This document shows, piece after piece, positions 51,898 to 64,000 of a DNA stretch of 64,000 nt. Numbering within the stretch: position 1 is the stretch's first letter; every line of letters starts with the position of its first letter. The stretch comes from Malacoraja senta. Taxonomy: Eukaryota. Both the position numbers and the translations under genes were made by a program. Location: contig CM075990.1 in the NCBI GenBank assembly GCA_038087875.1, positions 3,040,001 to 3,104,000 on the forward strand, written 5' to 3'. The notes beneath the pieces were generated by a model, which saw only the letters and a program-made list of their open reading frames with translations, was not told where the DNA came from and ran no database searches.

Positions 51898-52449
51898 AGG
51901 GGCTGTCCCACTTGGACAACCTAATCCACAAGTTTAGAAGACCCTAGACGAGTTGAAAAAAATATCAAGGTTGTGTTGACTCGCCGAAGTAAAAGACCTC
52001 CTATGACCTCCTACGACTATGTCTACGACCTCCTACAACCTCCCTCGACCTCCGTCTTCCACACCTAAGACCAACTACGACTAGCTACGAGTGGACAATG
52101 ATCACATGACAAAATGATGTCATGTTTGCTTTTTTCTCCTCGGGCCAGTTACCGACCTACGACTACCTACGACTACCATCACAATCTACTACGACCTACC
52201 TACGAGTAAAAAGCGCCCATTTTTTCCATGCGGAACTTTTTTTTACTTGTGGACATTTTTTATCAGGCTGGAAAAAAACGCCGCGACCTACTTAAGGCTA
52301 CGAGTACGCGGAGACCACTCACGAGCATGAGGAAGAGTTACGAAGACCTCCTACGACCTCCTACGACCTCGTGGCGACCATGCTGCGAGTATGTCAAGGG
52401 CAAACTCGGCAGAGGTCGCCAATTAGGTCGTGAAAGTGGGACACGGGCT
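51898..52449. mobile_element. Harbinger-type MITE in a CR1 fragment
   Basis: TIR-like ends AGGGGCTGTCCCACTT / AAGTGGGACACGGGCT; TCA TSD 51895-51897 / 52450-52452; internal ctacgac repeats. Confidence 0.8.
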
Positions 52450-53102
52450 TCAGGCTGCTCGTTCCATACACCCGCCACCTTTGTGTAAAAAGGTAACCCC
52501 TCAGATTACTATTTAACTCTTCCTATTAACTCTTTCCCCCCCTCACCTTAAGCCTATGTCCTCTGGTTCTCGATTCCCCTACTCTGTGCGTCTACTCGAT
52601 CTATTCCTCTCATGATTTTGTACACCTGCTCAGCCTCTCCCTATAGCTCAGACCCTCGGGACATGACAACATCCTTGTAAATCACCTCTGCACCCTTGCC
52701 AGCTTGACAACATCTTTCCTATAGATGTCCATGAGTGTGCCAGAGTAACCTAGCGGGTCAGGCAGCGTGCCTGGAGAACATGGATAGGTGACATTTTGGG
52801 TCGGAACTCTTCTTCACACTGATTATGGTGGGGGAAAGAAATGCTAGAAGAGAGGACACCAGGAGGGTGTGTGGGGGGGGGGGGGGGGGGGTGGTCTTAG
52901 GCAGATGGTTCCAAAGCAAATGCCAGAGATGAAAGAAAAGGTGTGAGACAAAAGGATCGAAGGGTTGCAAATTGTGAAGCAGGATTCCATGACTAGATCC
53001 TTAGTGTGCGGGGTAGTGCTGGAGTACAGGGTGATTGCTGGTTGTCCTAGACCCACTGGGTTAAAGGGCATGTTTCCATGTTACATCTCTAAAGACTAAA
53101 GT

Positions 53103-53549
53103 CAATAGACAATAGACAATAGACAATAGGTGCAGGAGTAGGCCATTTGGCCCTTCGAGCCAGCACCGCCATTCATTGTGATCATGGCTGATCATCCCCA
53201 ATCAGTACCCCATTCCTGCCTTCTCCCCATATACCCTGACTCCGCTATTTTTAAGAGCCCTATCTAGCTCTCTCTTGAAAGCATCCAGAGAACCTGCCTC
53301 CACCGCCCTCTGAGGCAGAGATTTCCACAGACTCACCACTCTGTGAGAAAAAGTGTTTCCTCGTCTCCGTTCTAAATGGCTTACTCCTTATTCTTAAACT
53401 GTGGCCCTTGGTTCTGGACTCCCCCAACATCGGGAGCATGTTTCCTGCCTCTAGCGTGTCCAAGCCGTTAACAATCTTATATGTTTCAATGAGATGCCCT
53501 CTCATCCTTATAAACTCCAGAGTGTACAAGCCCAGCTGCTCCATTCTCA
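53103..53549 (-). mobile_element. CR1 3' fragment
   Basis: ORF 53260-53562; AGACAAT tail. Confidence 0.9.
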
Positions 53550-54499
53550 AGTCCAAAGTCACCTATAACCTGCCACACTTTGTCCCACCTCTCTTCTCCC
53601 CCATCTCTCCTCCCTCAGTCTGAAGAAGGGTCCCAACCCAAACATTTACCTGCCTGACCTGCTGAGTTACTCCAGCACTTTGTGTCCTTCTGGGGACTGG
53701 TGGTCTGGCTATTGGTGAGTAGTTTGGTTTAGTTTAGTTTAGAGATACACCGCGGAAACAGGCCCTTCGGCCCGCCGAGCCCATACCGACCAACGATGCA
53801 CCTCCGAAGCCAATAACCAACAAACTTGTACTTGTTTGGGAGTGTGGGAGGAAACCGGAGCACCAGGAGAAATCCCACGCGGTCACAGGGAGAACGCACA
53901 TGCTCCATACAGACAGCATCCGAGGTCAGTATCGAACCCAGGTCTCTGGCGCTGGAAGGCAGCAATTCCACTGTGCCGCCCCTGAACGTACCGCTTGAGT
54001 GCACTGTCCATTCCTTGACAGCTTCAACCTCTCTCTTATGACTTTATACATTTTTTTGTTTCAGGGTTTTTCTTGGTTATTCTAGGATTCTGCTGCCGAT
54101 GCAATAGAGTTATTTTAATCCGCTGGATTTCCGCGCTAACCCTCCCACACCCATTGCCACAGGCCCCGTGGTTTCTCAATCAGCTCACTGCGGTTAGTGG
54201 GACGCTGAAAAATAGCAGCCACGTGCGCTGGTCTAACCGCCTCGGAATCCCACAGACTCCCACTTCCCCGTTATGGATCAATCTTTTCCGTTCACTTCTG
54301 AAAGACTTCACTCACACCAGCAGCCCTCCAGAACCTATCGCAGCTCGAAACACAAAGTTAGACACAAAAAGCTGGAGTAACTCAGCAGGGCAGGCAGCAT
54401 GTGTGGAGAGAAGGGAATGAGTGATGTTTTTAAACCGAAGGCAGACACGAAAAAGACACTGTTGCTGTCTTACAGCGCCCGAGTTACTCCAGCTTTTTG

Positions 54500-54911
54500 T
54501 CACTCACATACACACTCATACACACTCACACACATACACATACACACATGCGCGCATTCACACATACACGCGCACGCAAACACACACACACACACAATAC
54601 AAATAGAGATGCACACACGCGCGCGCACACACACACGGGCACACACACACACCATACAAAATACAGGTACACGCACACACATGGACAAGGTACAAACATA
54701 AACACATGTATAAAGAGCTGCACAGAATGATAAAACACAGATTTAAACAAGACTGGCGGATATACTCGCACAGACACAATTTAACACACAGAGGCACACA
54801 CACACACATATACACATACACATACCCACACACATGTACACACAAACATGCACAGGCACATAAACACACAGGCACATACACACACACGCGCGCACATACA
54901 CACATATAAAA

Positions 54912-54943
<32 letters not shown>

Positions 54944-55140
54944 ATACACACACGTGCACATACACCCCCACACACACACACACAGGCGCATACACACAGG
55001 ACATGCTCACACACATAAGCATACACGTACACATGCACACACGTACACATGCACAGGCACATACACACAGGCGCATAAACACGCACACACACACAGATAT
55101 ACACACACAACAGACATACATACAGTTGTGCACACACAGG
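54500..55140. repeat. Degenerate (CA)n tracts
   Basis: Direct reading. Confidence 0.92.
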
Positions 55141-55747
55141 CACCAAGATCGATACAGAAGCATCAGCACTGCACTGGCAGGGATGGTGGAAGAGGAACAC
55201 CGGCCAGATGTTTTGGGGAATAGGACAAGAGGGGTCCAGGTACCTTGTGTGAGACAGAGGAACAACCAGAGGCTGGTAGTCGGAGAGAGAGTGGGGATGA
55301 GAGGCCAGCTAAGCTGTAGGTGCCTCGCTGACATTTGGACACCCCACCTGGGTGACTTTCATCCGGAGACAGACATCCTGGCAAATTTAGTGAATGATGC
55401 AAAAAAATAGTTATCATGCTTGACTCAAGGAGAAATCGATTTTCAATTGTAGAAATCTAGAAGAAGTGCAGTGTAATTGGATTTCCAGACTGTCTACTCT
55501 TTGCTTGTCTTATCAATATCCTTTATAATATTAAAGCTTTCCATCAGGTCACTGCACATTCTTAAGGTGTCCAGCCTTCCCAATACATATATTTCCACAG
55601 TTTAATGAGCTCCTCAAAATGTTTTTGCACTTCCTCCTGTATATCCAGAATCTTTGCTTAATACGAAGACCAAAATGTGCACAGCATTGAAGAGCATGGA
55701 ACATAGAACAGTACAGAAGGGGTCGGCACAGTAGAGTTGCTGCCTAA

Positions 55748-56075
55748 AAGCCCTGTCCCACTGTACGAGTTCATTCCAAGAGCTCTCCCGAGTTTGCCCT
55801 GATTCGAACTTGGAGATTTACGGTAATGGCCACTCGTCGGTACTCGGGGCTCTCGTGGACATTTTTCAACCGCGTTGAAAAATCTTCACGAGTCTTCCCC
55901 GTGCTTCCCGTTAGCGAGTCTTCCCGAGTACCTGCCGTTAGCGTTACGAGTCGCTAAGAGACGTCTCCGATCTCCGACGTACCCGCTACGTTCATTCTCC
56001 GTGCTTACCACGAGCTTGATTTTTTTTAAACTCGGGAGAGCTCTTGGAATGAACTCGCACCGTGGGACAGGGCTA
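55748..56075. mobile_element. Harbinger-type MITE with ~45-bp TIRs in a V-SINE head
   Basis: agccctgtcccac..gagttcattccaagagctctcccgagttt and its inverse; TAA/TTA flanks. Confidence 0.88.
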
Positions 56076-56711
56076 TTATAGCTCCAGAGACCCGGGTTCG
56101 ATCCTGACCGCGGGCGCTGTCTGTACGGAGTTTGTACGTTCTCCCCGTAACCTGCGTGGGTTTTCTCCGAGATCTTCGGTTTCCCCCACACCCCGAAGAC
56201 GTACAGGTTTGTCGAATAATTGGCTTGGAATAAATGTAAAATTGTCCCGAGTGTGTTTAGGATAGTATGGAGCGATCGCTGGTCGACACAGACTCGGTGG
56301 GCCAAAGGGCCTATTTCCGCACAATATCTCAAAAACTTTAAAAAAAAACTGAAAGTAGCCAAACACAAAATGCTGGAGTAACTCAGCGGATCAAGAGTCA
56401 TAAGTCAAAGGTTAAGAGTGCTCTATTGTCCCAGATAGAACGATTACATTCTTACTTGCAGTAAATGCAGAAATTCTTCACATTGAAGAAGGGTCTCGAC
56501 CTGAAACGTCATCTATTCCTTTCCTTGATTGATGCTGCCTGACCCGCTGAGTTACTCCAGCATTTTGTGTCTATCTTCGGTGTAAACAATACAGCACAGG
56601 AGCAGGCCCTTTGGCCCACCAAGTCTGTGCCAAACTAGCACAATGTCAAGTTAAACTAATCTCCTCTGCCTGCATGTGATCCCTATCCCTCCATTCCCTG
56701 CATATCCATGT

Positions 56712-57137
56712 CTTCTCCGTGGATTGTCACCTTGTCGTGGTGGAGAAGCTCGTGTGGTCCTGAGATCCTGAGAGCGATGCCGTCTGGAGTTATGCTCCTG
56801 GTAGGGCCACCCGTGGCGGTAAGGTCGAGGGGGAGGACTCTGACAAAGAGCAATCCAACCAAGACCTCAACGGTGGAACATGCCGAGGACGATGGCTGAC
56901 CTTAGTGGAGCGTCACAACGGCTGGGAAGGCAGATGAAGGCTGCAGCAGAAAAGGGTTTCCGGTCGTCTTGGACTCCATGCCACTGGATCCTGACCCAGA
57001 TCTGTCAAGGACCGTGTGTGGTGGCTGTCTGTGCACCAGTCTCCCCACGATAAACAAAGTCACACACAGGCGTCTTCACGTCCCTATGGAGAGGAGAGGA
57101 CAGTCATAATCGTTTCGAGTGATTGCCAACAATGATG
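56712..57137 (+). mobile_element. RTE-5'UTR-derived non-autonomous element (copy 2)
   Basis: TSD atatccat(g/a)t 56702-56711 / 57138-57147; RTE-like head; short (ATG)n tail. Confidence 0.75.
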
Positions 57138-57429
57138 ATATCCATATGCCTATATATCTAAAAGCCTCTTAAATGCTACTATTGTATCTGCCTCCGTCAT
57201 CACCCCTGATGGCACTTTCCAGCCATCCACCACGCTCAGTGTAAAAAATTAGCCCCACACATCTTTAAACTTTGCCCCTTTTACCTCAGAGCTAAATCTT
57301 CCAGTCTTTGACATTTCCAACCTGGGAAAAAAAGTTCTACCTATCTGCCCTATCTATGTCTCCCATAATTTTATATATTCTACCAAGTCTCCCCTCAATC
57401 TCCGGCACCCCAGAGAAAACAAAATGTCC

Positions 57430-57892
57430 TTCCCATTCCCATACTGACCTTTCTGTCCTGGGCCTCCCCCATTGTCAGTCAGGCTAAACACAAATTGGAG
57501 GAACAGCACCTCATATTGTGCTTGGGCAGCTTACACCCCAGATGTATCACTATTGATTTGTCTAACTACAAGTAACCACGGCATTCCCTCTGACTCCATC
57601 CCTCCCCACCCTGGTCACACCACTTTCAAAGTCATCTTGTTGAGTCTCATTCTGTTTCCTTTATCATTTTTGCATATTTTTCTTTCATTCATTTGTTCTA
57701 TATCTCTCGACATCACCATCTATATCTCTCGACATCACCATCTATATCTCTTGACATCACAGTCTATATCTCTTGCTTCCCTCTCCCCTGACTCTCAGTC
57801 TGAAGAAGGGTCTCAACCTGAAACATCACCTATACCGTTTCTCCAGAGATGCTGCCTGACCCGCAGAGTTTCTCCAGAATTTGGTGCCTATC
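57430..57892 (+). mobile_element. Penelope 3' fragment plus pLTR
   Basis: KLEEQHLI-like coding remnant; pyrimidine-rich UTR; hammerhead motif from 57800. Confidence 0.8.
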
Positions 57893-58310
57893 TTCTAAGT
57901 CTGTCCAATCTCTTTTTTTCTCTAATACCCCCTTAATCCAGGTAGTCTTCTGGTAAACACAAAAAGCTGGAGTTACTCAGCGGGTCAGACAGCATCTCTG
58001 GAGAAAAGGAATGGGTGACGTTTCAGGTCGAGACCCTTCTTCGAACTGCAGATGTATGAAGAAGGGTCTTGACCAGATGCTGCCTGACCCGCTGAGTTAC
58101 TCCAGCTTTTTGTTTAAACCAGCATCCGCAGTTCCTTCCAACGCAGTCATCTGATAAACCTCTTCTGCACCCTCTCTAAGGCCTCCACATCCTTCCTGTA
58201 GTGGTGAGATAGCAGAACACTAGTGTAAACGGGTGATCGATAGTTGGCAGAGACTCACGGAGAGTCCTGCGTCCATGCTGTATCTTTCAATCCTTCATAA
58301 CATTGTTCCT

Positions 58311-58543
58311 AAGATAGACACCAAAAGTTGGAGTGACTCAGCGGGACAGGCAGCATCTCTGGAGAGGAATGGGTGACTTTTTGGGTCGACACCCTTCTTC
58401 AGACTTCTCCAGTCTGAAGAAGGGTCTCGACCGGAAATGTCACCCATACCTTCTCTCCAGAGATGCTGCCTGTCCCGCTGAGTCACTCCAGCTTTTTGTG
58501 TCTCTCTTCGCTTAAAACCGGCATCTGCAGTTCCTTCATACAC
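58311..58543. repeat. Fold-back pair of hammerhead-bearing pLTR units
   Basis: ~95-bp arms in inverted orientation separated by TCTCC. Confidence 0.9.
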
Positions 58544-58729
58544 ATCTCACTGCTCCTTCTTGACAAATGGTTCTACTGAAGCATTGGATGGGAATCATCC
58601 TCTTGAGTTAATGATCCTATACGTAAGCAGCATGTGGGGGAATACATTAACCTGAAGTTGTCTCATAACAAACCCAATTCTTGATGCTAGCGTTGTGCGT
58701 GACGGTACGTGAGCAGTGAGATGACTTTC

Positions 58730-59931
58730 TTTTTTATTTTATTTTTTTTAATTTTATTTTTTTTATTTTTTTGTTAGAAGTATTGTACATTACAGTAATC
58801 TGCAATAACAGAAGTTTATACAGTCCTTGTACCACTTCTTATTTTAAACTTTAATAGGAAAAAAGGATAGAAAGAGTTAGTAAAGATAGTCAGTGAGTGA
58901 ATGAAAGAGTGGTCCAGGAACACCCATATGGACCTAAACCACAAGAAATAGTTAAAAAAGAAAAGAAAAAAAACAAAAGGAGGAAAAAGAAAAAAGAAAA
59001 AAGAAAGTAAGATAGGACAAAATGAGAGGGATGTACCTACTTCTTATCTTTACTCACCCCTCGCCAGGTCCTAAAACCATTTATTATCAACATTTTGTTG
59101 CACCCTATGTTTGTAATAAGTCGATATATGGAGACCAAATCTTTTGGAATTGGTCTTGTTTACCTGCTAGGAGGAAACTCATATCTTCTAGGTGTAACAA
59201 TTCCGACATGTTAGAAGTCCACATTTTTATTATTGGCGTGGGAGCATTTTTCCAAAATTTCAGTATCAGTTTTTTTGCCGTTATTAAGCCATAATTAAGA
59301 AAACTCCTTTGAAACGAAGTCAGCTCCAAACTTGCTTCTATTGTTCCAAAAATAATCAATTCTGCATTTGGTTTCAGTTTTATTTTAAATAATGTAGTGA
59401 AAATTTCAAACATTTCATTCCAAAATTTTTGAATTTTTATACAAAAAACAAAAGAATGTGCTATAGTTGATTCTTGGATTAGGCATTTATCACAGATAGC
59501 AGAGGTATTTGGGTAAAATTTACTTAATTTAGCTTTTGAATAGTATAATCTATGTAAAATTTTAAATTGAATCAGAGTATGTCTTATGTTAATCGAGCAT
59601 TTATGCAAATATAATAGGTCTTTCGAGATTTTTATAGCTAGTTCCTGTTCCCATTCTCTTCTAATCCCATCCGATGAAGGAATTTCTATGTTTAAAATGG
59701 AATTGTATAGGTATGATATTAAATTAGCTGATTCCGCTTTTATATTCATTATCCCATCTAATAGGTCAGGAGACATATTTTGATATTCTCGTGTATATTT
59801 GAAATATTGATTACTATTCAAGTTGTATTTAAGTTGTAGTTGGTGAAATGTTTTAAAAACTTTCATTTTCATACATATCTCCAGACGTTTTAATTCCTAC
59901 TCTTTCCCAATTTATAAATTTATTGGGAAAA
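58730..59931 (-). mobile_element. 5'-truncated L1, ORF2 C-terminus
   Basis: ORF 59105-59872 (QFKILHRLY, CDKC..H..C); A-rich tail; 15-bp TSD agtgagatgactttc 58715-58729 / 59932-59946. Confidence 0.93.
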
Positions 59932-60739
59932 AGTGAGATGACTTTCAGCAGATATTATGAATCGCACATGCCCTGTGAGAACATGAACAGTCAGAAGAGC
60001 CATCTACAACTGAGCTCCGCCAATAATACTTTGGATAAAGGCAACACAATTTATCGTGTTATACACCAACAACTTTCTCAGATTTAATTCCTGATGGATT
60101 TACTGCACAAAATGTGCATTTCTACAATGTATATCGTGATGGGGGAGAAGAAATGACCATTGTTCCATGCAGATATTATGATGGCAGAAGTACAGGAGAT
60201 TGAACACACATACCTCCAGATTCAAGGACAGTTTCTGAAGGAGGGTCTCGACCCGAAACATCACCCATTCCTTCTCTCCAGAGATGCTGCCTGTCTCGCT
60301 GAGTTACTCCAGCATTTTGCGTCTATCCACAGTTTCTTCCCAGCTGTTATCAGGCAACTAAACCGTCCTCCTACCAGCTAGAGAGCGGTCCTGACCTCCC
60401 ATCTACCACATTGGAGGCCCTCGGGCTATCTTTAATCGGACTTTACTGGACTTTAACTTGCACTAAACGTTATTCCCTTTATCCAGCGTCTGTACACTGT
60501 GGACGGCTCGATTGTAATCATGTGCGGTCTGTTTCGCTGACTGTCTGCACGCAACAAAAAGCTTTTCACTGTGCCCTCCATGCACGTGACAGTATTTAAT
60601 TAAATAAACTAAACACAGATTTAGAAGCGGATGTTGGCACAGGGGAAGAGGTGGACGGGGGGCATAAAGCAAGTGATGGAGGCCAAGCAAGAGCCTTCGA
60701 CCATGGGGATGTGATGGACTTGGTCCTCCAAGATCCAAG

Positions 60740-61085
60740 ATTAACTCCCCATTCCCATTCCGAATCCGACCTCTCTGTCCTGGGCCTCCTCCATGGCCAG
60801 AGTGAGCACCACCGGAAATTGGAGGATCAGCACCTCATATTCCGCTTGGGCAGTCTGCACCCTAGCGGCATAAACATTGAATTTTCCAATTTCCGGTAGC
60901 CCTTGCTGTCTCCTCCCCTTCTCAGCTCCCCCTCAGCCCACGGGCTCCTCCTCTTCCCTTTTCCTTTCTTCTCCCCACCCTACATCAGTCTGAAGAAGGG
61001 TCTTGGCCCGAAACGTTGTCTATTTCCTTTGCTCCATAGATGCTGCTGCAACCGCTGAGTTTCTCCAGCACTTTTGTCTACCTTC
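60740..61085 (+). mobile_element. Penelope 3' fragment plus pLTR
   Basis: SHSESDLSVLGLLH..KLEDQHLIFRLGSLHPSGINIEFSNFR*; hammerhead motif 60990-61017. Confidence 0.88.
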
Positions 61086-62096
61086 CATGTTGGAGATGTT
61101 CTTTGTTGTCCAACTAAAGGGGAGAAATTCATCTTTACGGAATCAACTCTGAACACATGCAAAGCTACACATTGTGTAGGAGGGAACTGCAGATGCTGGT
61201 TTAAACTGAAGATAGACACAAAAAGCTGGAGTAACTCAGCAGGACAGGCGGCATCTCTGGAGAGAAGGAATGGGTGACGTTTTGTGTCGAGACCTTTCTT
61301 CAGATGTGGTTGTACATTGTTAATTATAACATTGAGTTCTCCCCAAAAAACAATGAGTTGTAGGGTATAAGCCTGCAGTGAATTTTAATAGTAAATATAC
61401 TGTGCAGAATCAATGGAAGTGAAGAATGGATAGGTGAGTGGAATTAGATTAACGGAGTCACCTGGAAGAGAATAGCACTAACACCAGATTAACTGCTTGT
61501 ATGGCCTCCATTCTGGTGGCTCTGATGAAAGTACCTCCCTCGCTTGTATCCACCTATCACTTGCATACTGTCAGTCTGAAGAAGGGTCTCGACACGAAAC
61601 GTCAGCCATTCCTCCTCTCCAGAGATGCTGCCTGTCTCGCTGAGTTACTCCAGCATTCTGTGTCTATCTTCGGTTGAAACCAGCATCTGATGTTCCTTCC
61701 GACACATCCTCTCACTTGCAAGGCTTTGTGCTGCCCCCACCTCTCTTCCAGCATTCTCCCCACCACCACAATCAGTCTGCAGAGAGGTCTCAACCTGAAA
61801 CGTCACCTGTTCATGTTCTCCAGAGATGCTGCCTGACGAGCTGAGTTTCTCCAGCACTTGTGTCTAGCATCACAAGTTTACTTTGGTGTATTGATCAGTG
61901 TAGCTGGGACATGTTGGTTGCTGTGGGCAGGTTGGGCCGAAGGGACTGTTTCCACGCTGTTTGACCCTATGACTTTAGAGATACAGCGCGGAAATAGGCC
62001 CTTCGGTCCACCAAGTCCGTGTTGACCAGCGATCACCCTGCACGCTAGCACTATCCCACATTGGGACAATTTACAATTTTACCAAAGCCAATTTAG

Positions 62097-63487
62097 TTGT
62101 TCCGAGCAAACACTGGCCCGATCCCCACACTCTATCTCAATTGCATTGATGACTGCATCGGTGCTACCTCCTGCACCCATGCAGAACTCATGGACCTCAT
62201 TAACTTCACCACCAATTTCCATCCTGCACTCAAATTCACTTGGACAATCTCTGACACTGCCCTCCCCTTTCTTGATCTCATCATCTCCATCACAGGAGAC
62301 AGACTATCGTCTATTACAAACCCATTGACTCTATCTCGACTACACTTCCCACCCTGCTTCCTGCAAAGTCTCTATCCCCTACTCCAAATTCTTCCGTCTA
62401 CGCCACATCTGTGCCCAAGATGAGCTGTTCCATACCAGGACCTCTTTAGGGAACGGGAGTTCCCTTTTTCCATCATAAATGTCAAGTCAAGTCAAGTCAA
62501 GTCAAGTGAGTTTATTGTCATGAGGCAAATGAGGCCCTCACTCGTGTCTCCTCGGTACCCCACAGCTCCGCTCTTGCTCCGTCTCCCCCTAGTCTCAATT
62601 GGGACTATTCCCTGCTTTTCACCCCATCAGCTGTCGCATGCATCACATAATCCTCAGACATTTTCTCCACCTCCAACTGGATCCCTCCACCAGCCACATT
62701 TTCCCATCTCCATCCCTGTCCGCCGTCTGCAGTGACCGTTCCCTCCGCAACTCCCTGGTTAACTCATCCCTTCCCACCCAACAACCCCATTCCCAGTACC
62801 TTCCCCTGCAACCTCAGAAGATGCCACACCAGTCCATATACCTCCTCCCTCGACTCTGTCCAGGGACCCCAACTGTCCTTTCAGGTTAGGCAGAGGTTCA
62901 CTTGCACCTCCTCCAACCTCATCTACTGGATCCATTGTTCAAGATGTGGACTCTTATACATTGGCGAGACCAAACGCTGACTGGGCGATCGTTTTGCTGA
63001 ACACCTTCACTCAGTCCACTTGGACCTACTTGATCTCCCAGTTGCCAAACACTTTAATTCTCCTTCCCATTCCCACACCGACCTTTCTGTCCTGGGTCTC
63101 CTCCATTGTCAGAGTGAGTCTAAACGCAAATTGGAGGAACAGCATCTCATATTTCGCTTGGGCAGCTTACAACCCAGTGGTATGAATATTAACTTCTCTA
63201 ACTTCAAGTAACCCCTGCATTCCCTCTCTCTCCAACCCTCCCCCACCCAAGTCGCACCAGCTTCTCGTTCTCACCTAGCAAACAGCTAACAATAACCTGT
63301 TTTCTTTAATATTGTTACTTTTTTTGCATATTTTTCATTTATTTGTTCTTTATCTCTCTACATCATCGTCTATATCCCTCGTTTCCTTTTCCCCCGACTC
63401 TGTCTGAAGAAGGGTCTCGACCCAAAACGTCACCCATTCCTTCTCTCCAGAGATGCTGCCTGTCCCGCTGAGTTACTCCAGCATTTG
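62097..63487 (+). mobile_element. Penelope-like element 3' half (RT C-terminus, GIY-YIG, pLTR), decayed
   Basis: YLNCIDDCIG..FHPALKFT..LPFLDL RT motifs; CSRCGLLYIGETKR; stops and frameshifts; pLTR hammerhead at 63404 (GAAA mutated to AAAA). Confidence 0.93.
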
Positions 63488-64000
63488 GAGTCTGTCAACC
63501 TACAAACCTGTACGTCTTTGGAGTAGGAGGAAACCGGAGCACCCGGAGAAAACCCACGCGGTCGCTGGGAGAACGTACGAACTCCATACAGACAGCACCC
63601 GTAGTCAGGATGGAACCTGGGTCTCTGCCGCTGTGAGGCAGAAACTCTACCGCTGCGCCACCCTGCCGCCACCAACCCTTATTACCTCAATCTCCTTTCC
63701 TGTTGCTTCTTCAAAGGTTTCTCTGAGGTTGGTCGACCACAATCTACCCCTGAGAAATTATGCTGATTAGCTCACACCTCTCCAAGAGTTTTAATTTCAT
63801 CCCATATTACACACTCTCGTGGTTTATGAACCACTCAGCTAGCTGACTGACTGCTTTATAATTCCCGTGTTATCACTGACTCCCAGCTCCTTTGGCACGG
63901 TTTCTATTCCGAGAAAGATATACTAGTCAGGTTTTGTACGGATTTGGGGATATCAGTGATCAGTTTTGTTTGGTTGAGTTTCGTTTAGAGATACCGAGCA

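Noticed and set aside
57074..57081. Another TTCACGT (L3-like) word
   Set aside because: No flanking P3/P1/P2 pairing

Overview
Repeat-dominated, apparently non-coding 64 kb of eukaryotic DNA. The repeat set (HE1-like V-SINEs with CR1/HER1-type tails, DeuSINE relics, Rex-Babar, Penelope) points to a cartilaginous fish, probably a skate or ray (inference). I found no host exon; every protein-like ORF is a transposon fragment or a microsatellite artefact. The window holds about 30 V-SINEs, many CR1, Rex-Babar, L1, Tx1 and Penelope fragments, a full-length but disabled Tc1 (DD34E) element, six Harbinger-type MITEs, (TG)n/(CA)n tracts, a 200-N gap and several AT-rich unique islands that may be enhancers. 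The main result is a high density of predicted self-cleaving ribozymes in mobile DNA. (1) Four different short (GAA)n-tailed retroelements (977-1220, 22917-23053, 36508-36653, 40801-41103) begin with an HDV/CPEB3-like double-pseudoknot fold, two clean and two degenerate. One carries a P3-L3-P3 core matching the mammalian CPEB3 ribozyme as I recall it. Another keeps the start and end of a Vingi/Ingi-like ORF. (2) Roughly 25-30 minimal hammerhead motifs lie in Penelope-derived ~100-bp units, some flanked by their own target-site duplications (TSDs) and some in fold-back pairs. All folds are read by eye and none is experimentally confirmed. Most LINE/SINE boundaries are approximate.
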